Shown: piece after piece, positions 45,460-54,013 of the stretch | Position numbering within the stretch: position 1 is the first letter of the stretch | Layout of the letters: each line of letters opens with the position of its first letter | Source: Bacilli bacterium | GTDB lineage: Bacteria; Bacillota_I; Bacilli_A; RF39; UBA660 | Length of the DNA stretch: 64,000 nucleotides | Direction of reading: 5' to 3' | NCBI GenBank assembly: GCA_017541325.1 | Contig: JAFXZI010000014.1 | Location: 45,741-109,740, forward strand | The notes under the pieces: model-generated | What the model was told of the DNA's origin: nothing | Database searches by the model: none | The model's input: only the letters and a program-made list of their open reading frames with translations | Program-made: the position numbers and the translations under genes

Positions 45460-45499
45460 AAAATCAAAAAAGCACTTAATTATAATAATTAAATGCTTT
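45460..45499 (-). terminator. rho-independent terminator after the 512-aa secreted protein gene
   Basis: ~13-bp stem aagcacttaatta/taattaaatgctt (one mismatch) with a T-run on the minus strand. Confidence 0.6.
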
Positions 45500-45506
45500 T
45501 AAATAT

Positions 45507-47045
45507 TTATCTTTCTGTTAAGTGAGGACAAGATTGATTTCCTTTGTAAGCTGCAATATATTTTTTTAACATTTCATAATATTTAGATCCATGTCCACCT
45601 GACATTGGTTCAATATCACGACTACATTCTTGAGTATACTCATCAGTAAATGTTCCACCATATAAACATAATGCAGTCCACTCATTCCACCAAGTAACTG
45701 TTACAACCTTTGGATGATATTTAAATGCTGTTTTCCATTGATTATAGAAAGTTTCACCATTTCTTCTACAAACAGCATCAGATGATGACATATAACTTCT
45801 TTGCATGGCAACACTAACACCAATTTGTTCAACAGCTCCGTTTTTATCTCTAGCAGGTTTATCATTATCTACTTCTAAATATGTCCAATCATATCTACTT
45901 ACTCCATTTAATCCCCACATACTTCTAACTGTAATATCTCTTTCTGGATTCCTTGTAGGAGGACTTGTTGTTAAAAAGAACGGTTTGCTATTCCAATAAA
46001 CCCAAATATTCTCATATTTACTATTTTTATAGAAATCATCATATATTGCATTTACACTTTGCCATCCTTCAAATTGGTTATTTCCACCAGAATTACCTGT
46101 CCATACCCAATTCATTACATAAGGAGTTTTTTCTCCTTCACTTCTCATTTCATATACAGTTTCAAGAATAGCTTTTAATGGTGAATCAACATGAGCATTC
46201 CATCCACTAGAATGATGAGCAAAACCAGCATTTGGATTCATATTTGTATAATCTATAATTATAAAATCTACTCCAGCAGCTGCTAACTGCTTCATATGAG
46301 TCCTTATAACATTTTTATCGTTACTATTGTAAAAACCTAACGCAGGTTTTCCCCAATAATATTCAGCACCACCTTCACAAAAACTAGATTGTTGAGAAAT
46401 AATTCTAACTTTACTTTGATTAGGATGATGCCATGTCGTATAGAATATTCCTACTAAATTTTTAGAATTAGCTATATCAAGTTTAGTTCCACCTAATCTT
46501 TTTTGTTCTTCTTCTAAAAGTTTCTTTATAATATCATCATTTTTCTTTTCATTAGCTTCTCTTGCTTTTTCTCTTTTCTTTTCTCTTTCTTCTCTTTCTT
46601 CACTTTCTTTTTTAGCATTTTCAAATTCTTTAGTATTATCTTTTTTTAATTCTTTATCATAATAATTGCATATATCATTATCATTTATAAAGCAATTAAT
46701 ACATTCAATCATTGAATTTTGTTCTAGCATTTTAAATAACAATTGTGCACCAAAAACTACAAAGAATACTGCTGCTGCAGCAATAAATTTAGGTACTACT
46801 TTTCGTCTTAATCTGTCTAAATCTGGATCTTTATTAATTACAGTTTTAAATATATCTATTCCTGCATATAAAACTAGCAAAATTGGAATTAATATTTTTA
46901 TAATATCAACTGATGTCTTTATAACTGCTGGTACAGCAGCTGGTACCCCACTTATATTTCCACACGAAGCAAAATGTTCGGCAAAAACAATATCAGACGG
47001 AAAAACATATAGTATTAAAAATAAATAAACTAATCTTTTTTTCAT
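45507..47045 (-). CDS. membrane-anchored secreted protein with a C-terminal TIM-barrel glycoside-hydrolase-like domain
   Basis: 512 aa. Signal-like N-terminus, two further hydrophobic helices and a Glu/Lys/Arg coiled coil. The catalytic-looking domain (IFYTTWHH, AAGVDFIIIDYTN, VTVTWWNEWTA) recalls the xxNEW motif of GH99/WbsX-like hydrolases. The family assignment is tentative. Confidence 0.55.
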   Translation of the reverse strand: MKKRLVYLFLILYVFPSDIVFAEHFASCGNISGVPAAVPAVIKTSVDIIKILIPILLVLYAGIDIFKTVINKDPDLDRLRRKVVPKFIAAAAVFFVVFGAQLLFKMLEQNSMIECINCFINDNDICNYYDKELKKDNTKEFENAKKESEEREEREKKREKAREANEKKNDDIIKKLLEEEQKRLGGTKLDIANSKNLVGIFYTTWHHPNQSKVRIISQQSSFCEGGAEYYWGKPALGFYNSNDKNVIRTHMKQLAAAGVDFIIIDYTNMNPNAGFAHHSSGWNAHVDSPLKAILETVYEMRSEGEKTPYVMNWVWTGNSGGNNQFEGWQSVNAIYDDFYKNSKYENIWVYWNSKPFFLTTSPPTRNPERDITVRSMWGLNGVSRYDWTYLEVDNDKPARDKNGAVEQIGVSVAMQRSYMSSSDAVCRRNGETFYNQWKTAFKYHPKVVTVTWWNEWTALCLYGGTFTDEYTQECSRDIEPMSGGHGSKYYEMLKKYIAAYKGNQSCPHLTER

Positions 47046-47086
47046 ACAATGGTACCTTTCTTTATTATTATTCTAAATAAATAATA

Positions 47087-47803
47087 TCACATCGTTTTAT
47101 AGAACTCTATTATTTTATCTAAAGTATCAAAATCAATTGTCTCTTTACTGTCACATAAACTTTGACTTGGATCATAATGAACTTCAATTAATAGTCCATC
47201 CGCTCCTGCTGTTAAAGCAGCACAAGACATAGATTCAACCATGTAAGATAGTCCACTAGCATGAGATGGATCAATTATTATTTTATAATCTGTATTATTC
47301 TTTATATATGGAATCGCTTGTAAATCAAGTATATTTCTAGTTTCATTTGAAATAGTATTTCTAACTCCTCTTTCACATAAAATAATATTTGTATTACCTT
47401 CTCTTTTTATATATTCTGCTGCTTTAATCCATTCATTATAAGAAGCTGCAAAATTTCTTTTTAAAATAACTGGAGTTTTTGTTTTTCCTACTTCTTTTAA
47501 CAATTCATAATTATACATATTTCTTGTACCTATTTGAATTATATCTATTTTATCTCCGTACTTTTTAACCTGTTCAATAGTAGTTAACTCAGTAACTATT
47601 TTAATATCTAGTTCTTCTTTTAATTTAAGAAGCATTTCCATACCCTCATCTCTTAACCCTTGAAAAGAATTGGGATCAGTTCTCATTTTAAAAGTTCCAG
47701 CTCGAAAATATTCAATTCCTCTTTCTTTTAAAAGAGATGCTATTTTTTTAATCTCATCATAACTTGCGAAAGTACATGGACCAGCAATAATTATTTTATT
47801 CAT
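47087..47803 (-). CDS. 3-deoxy-7-phosphoheptulonate (DAHP) synthase, class I-beta core / KDO8PS-like
   Basis: 238 aa with AGPCTFAS, FRAGTFKMRTDPNSFQGL, QIGTRNM and IDPSHASG. No other aro genes nearby. Confidence 0.75.
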   Translation of the reverse strand: MNKIIIAGPCTFASYDEIKKIASLLKERGIEYFRAGTFKMRTDPNSFQGLRDEGMEMLLKLKEELDIKIVTELTTIEQVKKYGDKIDIIQIGTRNMYNYELLKEVGKTKTPVILKRNFAASYNEWIKAAEYIKREGNTNIILCERGVRNTISNETRNILDLQAIPYIKNNTDYKIIIDPSHASGLSYMVESMSCAALTAGADGLLIEVHYDPSQSLCDSKETIDFDTLDKIIEFYKTM

Positions 47804-47921
47804 AATATCACCCTCTACATTTTTATTATATCACTATTGTTTTACAATAATATACATTAAAAAGACTAAAATATTTACGTAAACAAATTATATTTGATAT
47901 GATTAAATTGAGATGATAAAT

Positions 47922-48734
47922 ATGAATAAAAACAAATTAATAATAGTTAGTATTATTTGTATCTTATTATTTTCTTTTAGTTTTTATTATATATCTTTTA
48001 ATAAAGAGAAAAATAATAAAGAAATTAATAAAAAAGACGAACCAATTATAAATAATGAAAAAGATGATAATAAGAAAGATGAAGAAACGCAAGTAATAGA
48101 TAGTACAGAAACAAAAGATGATAAACAAGAAGTAACCGAAACAAATACTAATACAACTACAAACAATACTAATACTACTAAAGAAACAACTACTAATACT
48201 AAAAAGAGTAATACAACTTCTACTAGCAAAAGTAATACAACAAAAAAGAGTAATACTAATACTAGTACAAATACAAAAAAACCAACTAGTCAAAATAATA
48301 CTAATCATTCTAGTAGTACTACTCAACAAAATAATAACACAAGCACTAGCAGTAACAACAATAATACAAGTAGTAGTAATAACAACACTTCTACTACACC
48401 ACCAGAAACACCTTCAACACCTACAATTACATATTCTTGTCCTAGTGGATATACTCTAAATGGTACTAAATGTACAATAACTGTAAATGCTAGTTTAGTA
48501 TGTCCAGATAATACAACGGAATCTATTAATGATAGTTGTATCAATCTAAGTGAAGGGTATGAAAGTCAAAGCGAAGAATGTCCAAGTGGATATATTATGA
48601 TTAAAATGATTGGTATTGGTATACCTGATAAATATATGTGTCATCCTGCACACTCAAAAGTATATAGATGTGAAAGTGGTTATACTTTAAGTAATAATAA
48701 ATGTACTAAAACAATTGATGCAACACAAAATTAA
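47922..48734 (+). CDS. membrane-anchored secreted protein: Thr/Asn/Ser-rich stalk plus Cys-repeat C-terminal domain
   Basis: N-terminal anchor LIIVSIICILLFSFSFYYISF and a ~110-aa T/N/S low-complexity region. Three C-x-SGY-x-[LM]-x(4,5)-C motifs (CPSGYTLNGTKC, CPSGYIMIKM, CESGYTLSNNKC). The start is ambiguous between 47913 and 47922. Confidence 0.6.
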   Translation: MNKNKLIIVSIICILLFSFSFYYISFNKEKNNKEINKKDEPIINNEKDDNKKDEETQVIDSTETKDDKQEVTETNTNTTTNNTNTTKETTTNTKKSNTTSTSKSNTTKKSNTNTSTNTKKPTSQNNTNHSSSTTQQNNNTSTSSNNNNTSSSNNNTSTTPPETPSTPTITYSCPSGYTLNGTKCTITVNASLVCPDNTTESINDSCINLSEGYESQSEECPSGYIMIKMIGIGIPDKYMCHPAHSKVYRCESGYTLSNNKCTKTIDATQN

Positions 48735-48764
48735 AACTATTAACTTAATGTTAATAGTTTTTTA
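48735..48764. terminator. bidirectional terminator between convergent genes
   Basis: 10-bp stem aactattaac/gttaatagtt (48735-48744/48750-48759) with T-runs on both strands. Confidence 0.7.
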
Positions 48765-49454
48765 TTTGGTATGATTTCTAATTGTACTTTCAGATTTTAC
48801 TTCAGCAATATCCCTATCTAATAATTGATAATCAGCACGTAATCTTTTTTGACTTTGAAGCGGTAATAAAACATTATCTAATGAAACAAATCCACTCATA
48901 GTATGAATAATACTATAATTATCTTCTTTAAAAGAATTTGTACCAACAAATACTTTTTCATGTTTAGGATCTTTAAAAGATAAATACTTCGTTTTATCCA
49001 AACTATCTAGACTTCGACATATAGTAATAACTTCAGGTCTTGTTTCATATAAAGATTTATCTAGTATTTCAAATCCATAAGTTTTTAATAAATATAGTAA
49101 AAATGGTTTTCTTTGTTTAGGATTAACTCCTAAAAAATCATATCCATTATTAAGACACATATCTATCCATGAAGCAACCAAAAAAGAACCAATATTTAAA
49201 TCGCGAAACTCAGGATTTACTTTTATACCTATAAAATCACTTCTTTTTTGTTCATGATCTAAATAGAAATATAAATATCCTTGCATCACTAATCTGTCTC
49301 CAATAGGTGAAAAAGCATTTATGTAAAATTTAGGGCGATGAGAACCATCATCAAAAGATCTTCTTAAATATAATTTTTGATCATAATTTCCTGAAAATAC
49401 ATCATCTTTATATATTATTTCTTCCCCTTCAGGAATTTGTTTAAAAGTATCCAT
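48762..49454 (-). CDS. GNAT-like (acetyltransferase-fold) protein with a C-terminal extension
   Basis: ~230 aa. IGIKVNPEFRDLNIGSFLVASWIDMCLNNGY...KPFLLYLLKTYGFE resembles GNAT motif A/B with a degenerate RxxGxG. ATG 49454 follows AGAGGTG, which directly abuts the TAA of the upstream gene. Confidence 0.5.
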   Translation of the reverse strand: MDTFKQIPEGEEIIYKDDVFSGNYDQKLYLRRSFDDGSHRPKFYINAFSPIGDRLVMQGYLYFYLDHEQKRSDFIGIKVNPEFRDLNIGSFLVASWIDMCLNNGYDFLGVNPKQRKPFLLYLLKTYGFEILDKSLYETRPEVITICRSLDSLDKTKYLSFKDPKHEKVFVGTNSFKEDNYSIIHTMSGFVSLDNVLLPLQSQKRLRADYQLLDRDIAEVKSESTIRNHTK

Positions 49455-49464
49455 ATGCACCTCT

Positions 49465-52400
49465 TTAATTTCTACTAACAGTTCTATCAGTTGTAAGAGA
49501 ATCTGTTAAGTGTGTTGATCTATCTTGTATTCTTGTTTCTGTACCTTTCATATATTTTCTACAAGCTTCAACCATATTACGGTATCCCTCTTCTCTCATA
49601 TTATCTGATACAAATTCATCAAATCCTTTTCCATAAAAGTTTCTACCAAAGTCATATACTTTATATTTTTCTTTAAATTCTTCAAAAGATACCATTCTTC
49701 CATCAGGAGTTAAAGCAGCTGATAAGAAACTTCTACAAGCGTCAGTAAAACTTCCTCCATTTTGTAAAATCCAGTTTTCTACACCAACTCCACCTAAACC
49801 TCCTGTACTATCTGGAGAATGTGCTGGTTTATAACATTCATTTTCTTTTAAGAACTTTTTAGCAAATATAATATTATCTAGTACTCTCTGATATTTTAAA
49901 GGATCTTGTCGTTTAATATTTTCTAATCTATCTTTTAAACATTCATCTGTACTATAAAAATCCATTTCATCTTTTTTAACGTAAGATATATCTAAATCAA
50001 CCGGTTCTTCAAGTCCTGGAATAACTACTCCTTTTAACCTTAAATTACCATTTGCAAGTACTTGTCCATCTTCTACAGCTTTTTCATAATTAATTCCTAA
50101 TTTAGCACATATAGTTTTACTTAATTCTTCTGGTTTTTCACGTACATCTATTCTCATAATAAAATCAAAGTCACTTGTTATTTCTGTATTAGTTCCTCTT
50201 CCAGTTGAACCTGTATCGATTAAATCTACTCCTCCTAAAGTTAAATCTTCAGATTGAGATGAACTAAATCTTAAACCTCTTTCACTCATAGCTTCAGCAA
50301 CAACTCTATTAATATGAGCTCTTTTGTTATTAGAGTCTTCTATTAATTTTTGATTATTATAATCTGGAACATCATCTAAATGAGATGAGAAAGTATATTC
50401 TTCACATCCATATCTAGATAATCCAGACATTTTACTTCTTATTAAATCATATTCTTCTGGTGTAAATAGTAGTTTCCCAGTATTTTTATCATATACCGGA
50501 ATATAAAAACCATTTAAAGCGATTGCAAATTTAGTATCTTCAACAAGCATTTCTCTTCTTTTTAATTCATCTTCATTTAGATTATCTGTATCACCTTTTT
50601 TTATAGTAGGATCAATTATGACATAGTCTATATCACAAGAACCAAATCCAGTTCTAATTCCCCATTCAATTCCTGTTGAAAAGACTTCTTTTCCATAACA
50701 TACTTCAGAAGACTTCTTAGTATCTGCATCTCTAGTCACTTTAAATCTTCCATCATTTTTAATAACAAACCAAATTGGTCCCCATCCACTAGAATATGAA
50801 TTATCTACTCTATCTTTTACTTTTCTTTCTTTTCCAATTCTTGTAAGATCTGTATCACATGGAGTTTGATCACTTCCAGGAGTCCCTACCCCTAAATATT
50901 CTTTGGCTAGAGAACCATTTTGTAATATATCATATAAGAATTGTGTATCTCCAATTCCTTTTAAGAAATCTCCTTCTTCAAGTGAAATCCCTTCTCTTGC
51001 ATATCTTCTTCCTCTTATATCTGCTCTTGTTTTTGATTCATCCATCATTGTTTTTAGTTGTTCAAAAGATTTAATACCACCCATAAATCCAAACATTCTA
51101 ACAATTCTATCTGGAAGATCATATCTTGAAGTAGTTCCAAACAAAGAATGAAGTTTATTTAAATCTTCTTTAGTATCACCAGATAATTCGACTGGATGTT
51201 CTCTTCCTGCTTTTGATTGATTATAAACCGCCTCTAAATGTTTTAAAAAAGTAGTAAGTATCTTTTTATTTCTATCATCTAAACTCTCAATATCTACTTC
51301 ATTTGATGTTATTAGTAAATATAGAGCATTTCCTCTTTCAATAGTATTTAAATAATTTCTTAAAGATAGATTATTAGATTCTGCAGCTATTCTAATTAAA
51401 TCACCTAAAATAACCATATTTCTTCTTTCATCATCTATATTAGATAATGTTGGACTCATCATATCTTCTTTAACTGTTTCAAAATCAAATTCAGGATACA
51501 TTATTTTATATATTAAAAATCTTTTTGCCATTTCCGGAAGATTATTATGAATAAATACATTTTCTATTTTTGCAAGTTTATCTTCATAATTATCTGGATT
51601 ATTTAAAATTTGTCCTAGTATTTCACAAAAGAATTTATTTAATTCTTTACAATTGGAATTCTCCATATGTTTTTTTAAACACTCGTAAACTTCAATTAGT
51701 TTTGATGCTTTTTTATCATCTATACTAAGGAGTGAACCATCAGAAAATATTTTATCTATTAATACTCCAGCTGAATCATAATTACCTCTTGATATTTTAA
51801 TTAAAACTTCAAACATTGATCTTGAAATACCTAATTTTTCATAATCATATTCATCTAATAAATTCATATTATATTGTTCGATATATTCAAAAACATGTAA
51901 TAGGTTAATTTTACCAATAAACTCTCTAAAATGATCTTCATTAAACATTAATTCCCCTGATTTACTAAGTCTAAATACTTTATTAAAATCTATTGTTTCA
52001 TTTTCTTCATCATGAAAAACATGTCGTCTAAAATCCATAAATAAATAATATGGATAATAAGATGACTCTAATATTTTTAATTCTACTTCTGTTAAATGTT
52101 TTGCAAGTTCTGGTATTACTTTACCATCTTGAATAAATGGCCTTGATGTAGATTCAAACGGATCAATCAATTCATATAACTTATCATTAACTAATAAATA
52201 ATATCCATCAATAGAAAATGCTTCTTTTATATTATTTCTATTTAAACTCCCTTTTTTTAATAAATTCTTAATTAAACTAAAATATTCATCTACATTAGAT
52301 TTTCTTTTATAGTTACCATCTCTAACAACAGTAATAAATTTAGAAACATCTTCTCCAAATAGTTTTTTTATAAAATCACTTGAAAAAGTATTTTTACGAA

Positions 52401-52914
52401 AATAAAAATTTATATTTCCATCAATAAAATAATCAGCACCTTTACTTAATAATAAATCATAGAATTCTGATTTAATTTTATTATTTTCATCAAATATATC
52501 TGAAATAGTTAATCCTTTAAATTTTAATAAATATGTAAGTACACATCCTAAAAGTGCTCTATCATTTGGTTTAAAAGACTTAGTTAATTCTCTAAACGCT
52601 TCTGCTTTTTTTAAATCTTCTTCACTAAAAGAGTTTTCCCAGTTAACACCAAGATTAGATAAGAATTTTTGAACATCAGGTGATAATAAAATAGCCGGAT
52701 TTCCATTAAATGTTCCATTTGAATTAATGAAATCTAATAAATTTTGTGCTGATAAATGTTTTTTATTTAAAATTTTAGAAAAAGAATCTGTAACTGATGA
52801 ATAATCATAATAATGACTAATTGTTTCTCTAAGTTCATCTAATGGTCCTCTTCTTAATAATCTTTTAAATCTTCTTTTACCATATAAAAACCATGTAAAA
52901 GCATTATATCGCAT
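49465..52914 (-). CDS. large cytoplasmic protein (~1149 aa) with a C-terminal Pol-beta-superfamily nucleotidyltransferase plus class-I CCA-adding/PAP-like helical domain
   Basis: ATG 52914 follows GGTGA; the ORF-track start is a GTG 4 codons upstream. NTase signature DLIDTGSTGRGTNTEITSDFDFIMRID (nt 50164-50211) and third acidic strand PVDLDISYV. Next comes FAKKFLKENECY...GGLGGVGVENWILQNGGSF. No TM or signal, and no motif recognised in the first ~850 aa. Confidence 0.65.
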   Translation of the reverse strand: MRYNAFTWFLYGKRRFKRLLRRGPLDELRETISHYYDYSSVTDSFSKILNKKHLSAQNLLDFINSNGTFNGNPAILLSPDVQKFLSNLGVNWENSFSEEDLKKAEAFRELTKSFKPNDRALLGCVLTYLLKFKGLTISDIFDENNKIKSEFYDLLLSKGADYFIDGNINFYFRKNTFSSDFIKKLFGEDVSKFITVVRDGNYKRKSNVDEYFSLIKNLLKKGSLNRNNIKEAFSIDGYYLLVNDKLYELIDPFESTSRPFIQDGKVIPELAKHLTEVELKILESSYYPYYLFMDFRRHVFHDEENETIDFNKVFRLSKSGELMFNEDHFREFIGKINLLHVFEYIEQYNMNLLDEYDYEKLGISRSMFEVLIKISRGNYDSAGVLIDKIFSDGSLLSIDDKKASKLIEVYECLKKHMENSNCKELNKFFCEILGQILNNPDNYEDKLAKIENVFIHNNLPEMAKRFLIYKIMYPEFDFETVKEDMMSPTLSNIDDERRNMVILGDLIRIAAESNNLSLRNYLNTIERGNALYLLITSNEVDIESLDDRNKKILTTFLKHLEAVYNQSKAGREHPVELSGDTKEDLNKLHSLFGTTSRYDLPDRIVRMFGFMGGIKSFEQLKTMMDESKTRADIRGRRYAREGISLEEGDFLKGIGDTQFLYDILQNGSLAKEYLGVGTPGSDQTPCDTDLTRIGKERKVKDRVDNSYSSGWGPIWFVIKNDGRFKVTRDADTKKSSEVCYGKEVFSTGIEWGIRTGFGSCDIDYVIIDPTIKKGDTDNLNEDELKRREMLVEDTKFAIALNGFYIPVYDKNTGKLLFTPEEYDLIRSKMSGLSRYGCEEYTFSSHLDDVPDYNNQKLIEDSNNKRAHINRVVAEAMSERGLRFSSSQSEDLTLGGVDLIDTGSTGRGTNTEITSDFDFIMRIDVREKPEELSKTICAKLGINYEKAVEDGQVLANGNLRLKGVVIPGLEEPVDLDISYVKKDEMDFYSTDECLKDRLENIKRQDPLKYQRVLDNIIFAKKFLKENECYKPAHSPDSTGGLGGVGVENWILQNGGSFTDACRSFLSAALTPDGRMVSFEEFKEKYKVYDFGRNFYGKGFDEFVSDNMREEGYRNMVEACRKYMKGTETRIQDRSTHLTDSLTTDRTVSRN

Positions 52915-52947
52915 TAATATCACCACACTTTATTATTATCTATTTTA

Positions 52948-52956
52948 ATTATAACA
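52948..52956 (-). promoter_or_regulatory. putative extended -10 promoter (TGtTATAAT) of the NTase/GNAT-like operon
   Basis: The minus strand reads agtcgTGTTATAATtaaaa, about 30 nt upstream of the start and downstream of the tRNA terminator. Confidence 0.45.
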
Positions 52957-53002
52957 CGACTAAAGATTTAAATAATTCTATTTGACAACTAATCCGTAAA
53001 AC

Positions 53003-53034
53003 AAAAAACAAAAAAAGTCCTCAAAAAGGACTTT
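53003..53034 (-). terminator. rho-independent terminator of the tRNA operon
   Basis: Stem agtcct/aggact (53016-53021/53027-53032), followed by TTTTTTTGTTTTTTG on the minus strand. Confidence 0.75.
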
Positions 53035-53044
53035 AATAACAACA

Positions 53045-53121
53045 TGGTGACCAGTACGGGATTCGGACCCGTGTATCCTGCCGTGAAAGGGCAGTGTGTT
53101 AAACCGCTTCACCAACTGGCC
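53045..53121 (-). tRNA. tRNA-Glu (anticodon UUC), CCA encoded
   Basis: Hand-folded cloverleaf. Acceptor GGCCAGU/ACUGGUC, anticodon arm CUGCC-CUUUCAC-GGCAG, T arm ACGGG-UCCGAAU-CCCGU, then A-CCA. Confidence 0.9.
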
Positions 53122-53126
53122 ATAAA

Positions 53127-53203
53127 TGGCGCCTCAACTGGGACTTGAACCTAGGACCCCTTGATTAACAGTCAAGTGCTCTAACCAACTGAGCTATTGA
53201 GGC
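53127..53203 (-). tRNA. tRNA-Asn (anticodon GUU), CCA encoded
   Basis: Acceptor GCCUCAA/UUGAGGC, D arm GCUC-AGUUGGUUA-GAGC, anticodon arm CUUGA-CUGUUAA-UCAAG, then G-CCA. Confidence 0.9.
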
Positions 53204-53206
53204 AAC

Positions 53207-53283
<77 letters not shown>

Positions 53284-53323
53284 ATACTTACAACTTCTTC
53301 TCTCAAATCAGTCATACTTCTAA

Positions 53324-53352
53324 ATTGTATAATAAGAAATAGAAAAATGCAA
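53324..53352 (-). promoter_or_regulatory. sigmaA-type promoter of the tRNA operon
   Basis: TTGCAT (53352-53347), a 17-nt spacer, then TACAAT (53329-53324), about 40 nt upstream of tRNA-Ile. Confidence 0.6.
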
Positions 53353-53367
53353 GTATTTTTTTCTTTT

Positions 53368-54012
53368 TTATTTAATGTCAAAGTCTTTTACTTTGCCATA
53401 ATCCTTATATTCTAATTCAACTATTACCTTTCTTGCTGCTTCTCCTCTTGCAATAGCATAATTAGTATAATCAATAGTTACTTTACTTATATGATTATCC
53501 TTATATTTTATTTTAATTGTATTTAGACTTTTATCATTTACTTCAATATCATATGCTAAAGCAAAATTAGTAGTTGAAAGTTTATATATTTTATCTTTTT
53601 TATCATATTCACTCATATTAATTATTTTATTAATTTCATTTATATTAAAATAATCAATATAAAAATAAGGTTTTTTAGTTAATACATAATCATTATCTTT
53701 TTTTATTAAAGCAATATCTTTATATATATAATAATCATTTTCTTCTTTATCTTTAGTTACTCTAAATGATTCTTTATCATTGAATTTTTTTCCTTCATAT
53801 ATATAAGTATCATCATTAATAGTTAACTTATAAGTATAATAATAATTATTTTTAGTAAGATTATCTTCTTTAACAGGATTTTCTTGAATTTTAGAATCAT
53901 TTATTCTTACTATTACTATCATAAAGATAATTATTAATAAATAAATAGCACCAACTACATAATTCTTTATTCTCTGTTCTTTCTCAGTTTCTTTTTTTGT
54001 TTTCTTTTTCAT
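53368..54012 (-). CDS. hypothetical membrane-anchored protein (214 aa)
   Basis: Basic N-terminus and one TM helix (YVVGAIYLLIIIFMIVIV), then a Lys/Asp/Tyr-rich ectodomain. Its start abuts the fmt stop. Confidence 0.55.
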   Translation of the reverse strand: MKKKTKKETEKEQRIKNYVVGAIYLLIIIFMIVIVRINDSKIQENPVKEDNLTKNNYYYTYKLTINDDTYIYEGKKFNDKESFRVTKDKEENDYYIYKDIALIKKDNDYVLTKKPYFYIDYFNINEINKIINMSEYDKKDKIYKLSTTNFALAYDIEVNDKSLNTIKIKYKDNHISKVTIDYTNYAIARGEAARKVIVELEYKDYGKVKDFDIK

Positions 54013-54013
54013 T

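Noticed and set aside
45405-45467. N-terminal extensions in the ORF track for gltX (45405-45467), pyk (38413-38430), the alpha/beta hydrolase (22491-22535), fmt (54962-55006), the LRR pilin (4984-4992), moxR, the NTase protein and the GNAT-like protein.
   Set aside because: In each case a downstream ATG or TTG has a properly spaced GGAGG/GGTGA-type RBS. The extension is either hydrophobic junk, starts at a GTG/TTG without an RBS, or overlaps a terminator hairpin. I moved the starts accordingly.
47967-48544. Three minus-strand ORFs (47967-48329, 47987-48229, 48323-48544) opposite the T/N/S-rich gene.
   Set aside because: They are the antisense reading of a low-complexity ACT/AAT/AGT-rich region, giving Val/Leu/Ser/Phe strings. 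They have no RBS and overlap one another in different frames.
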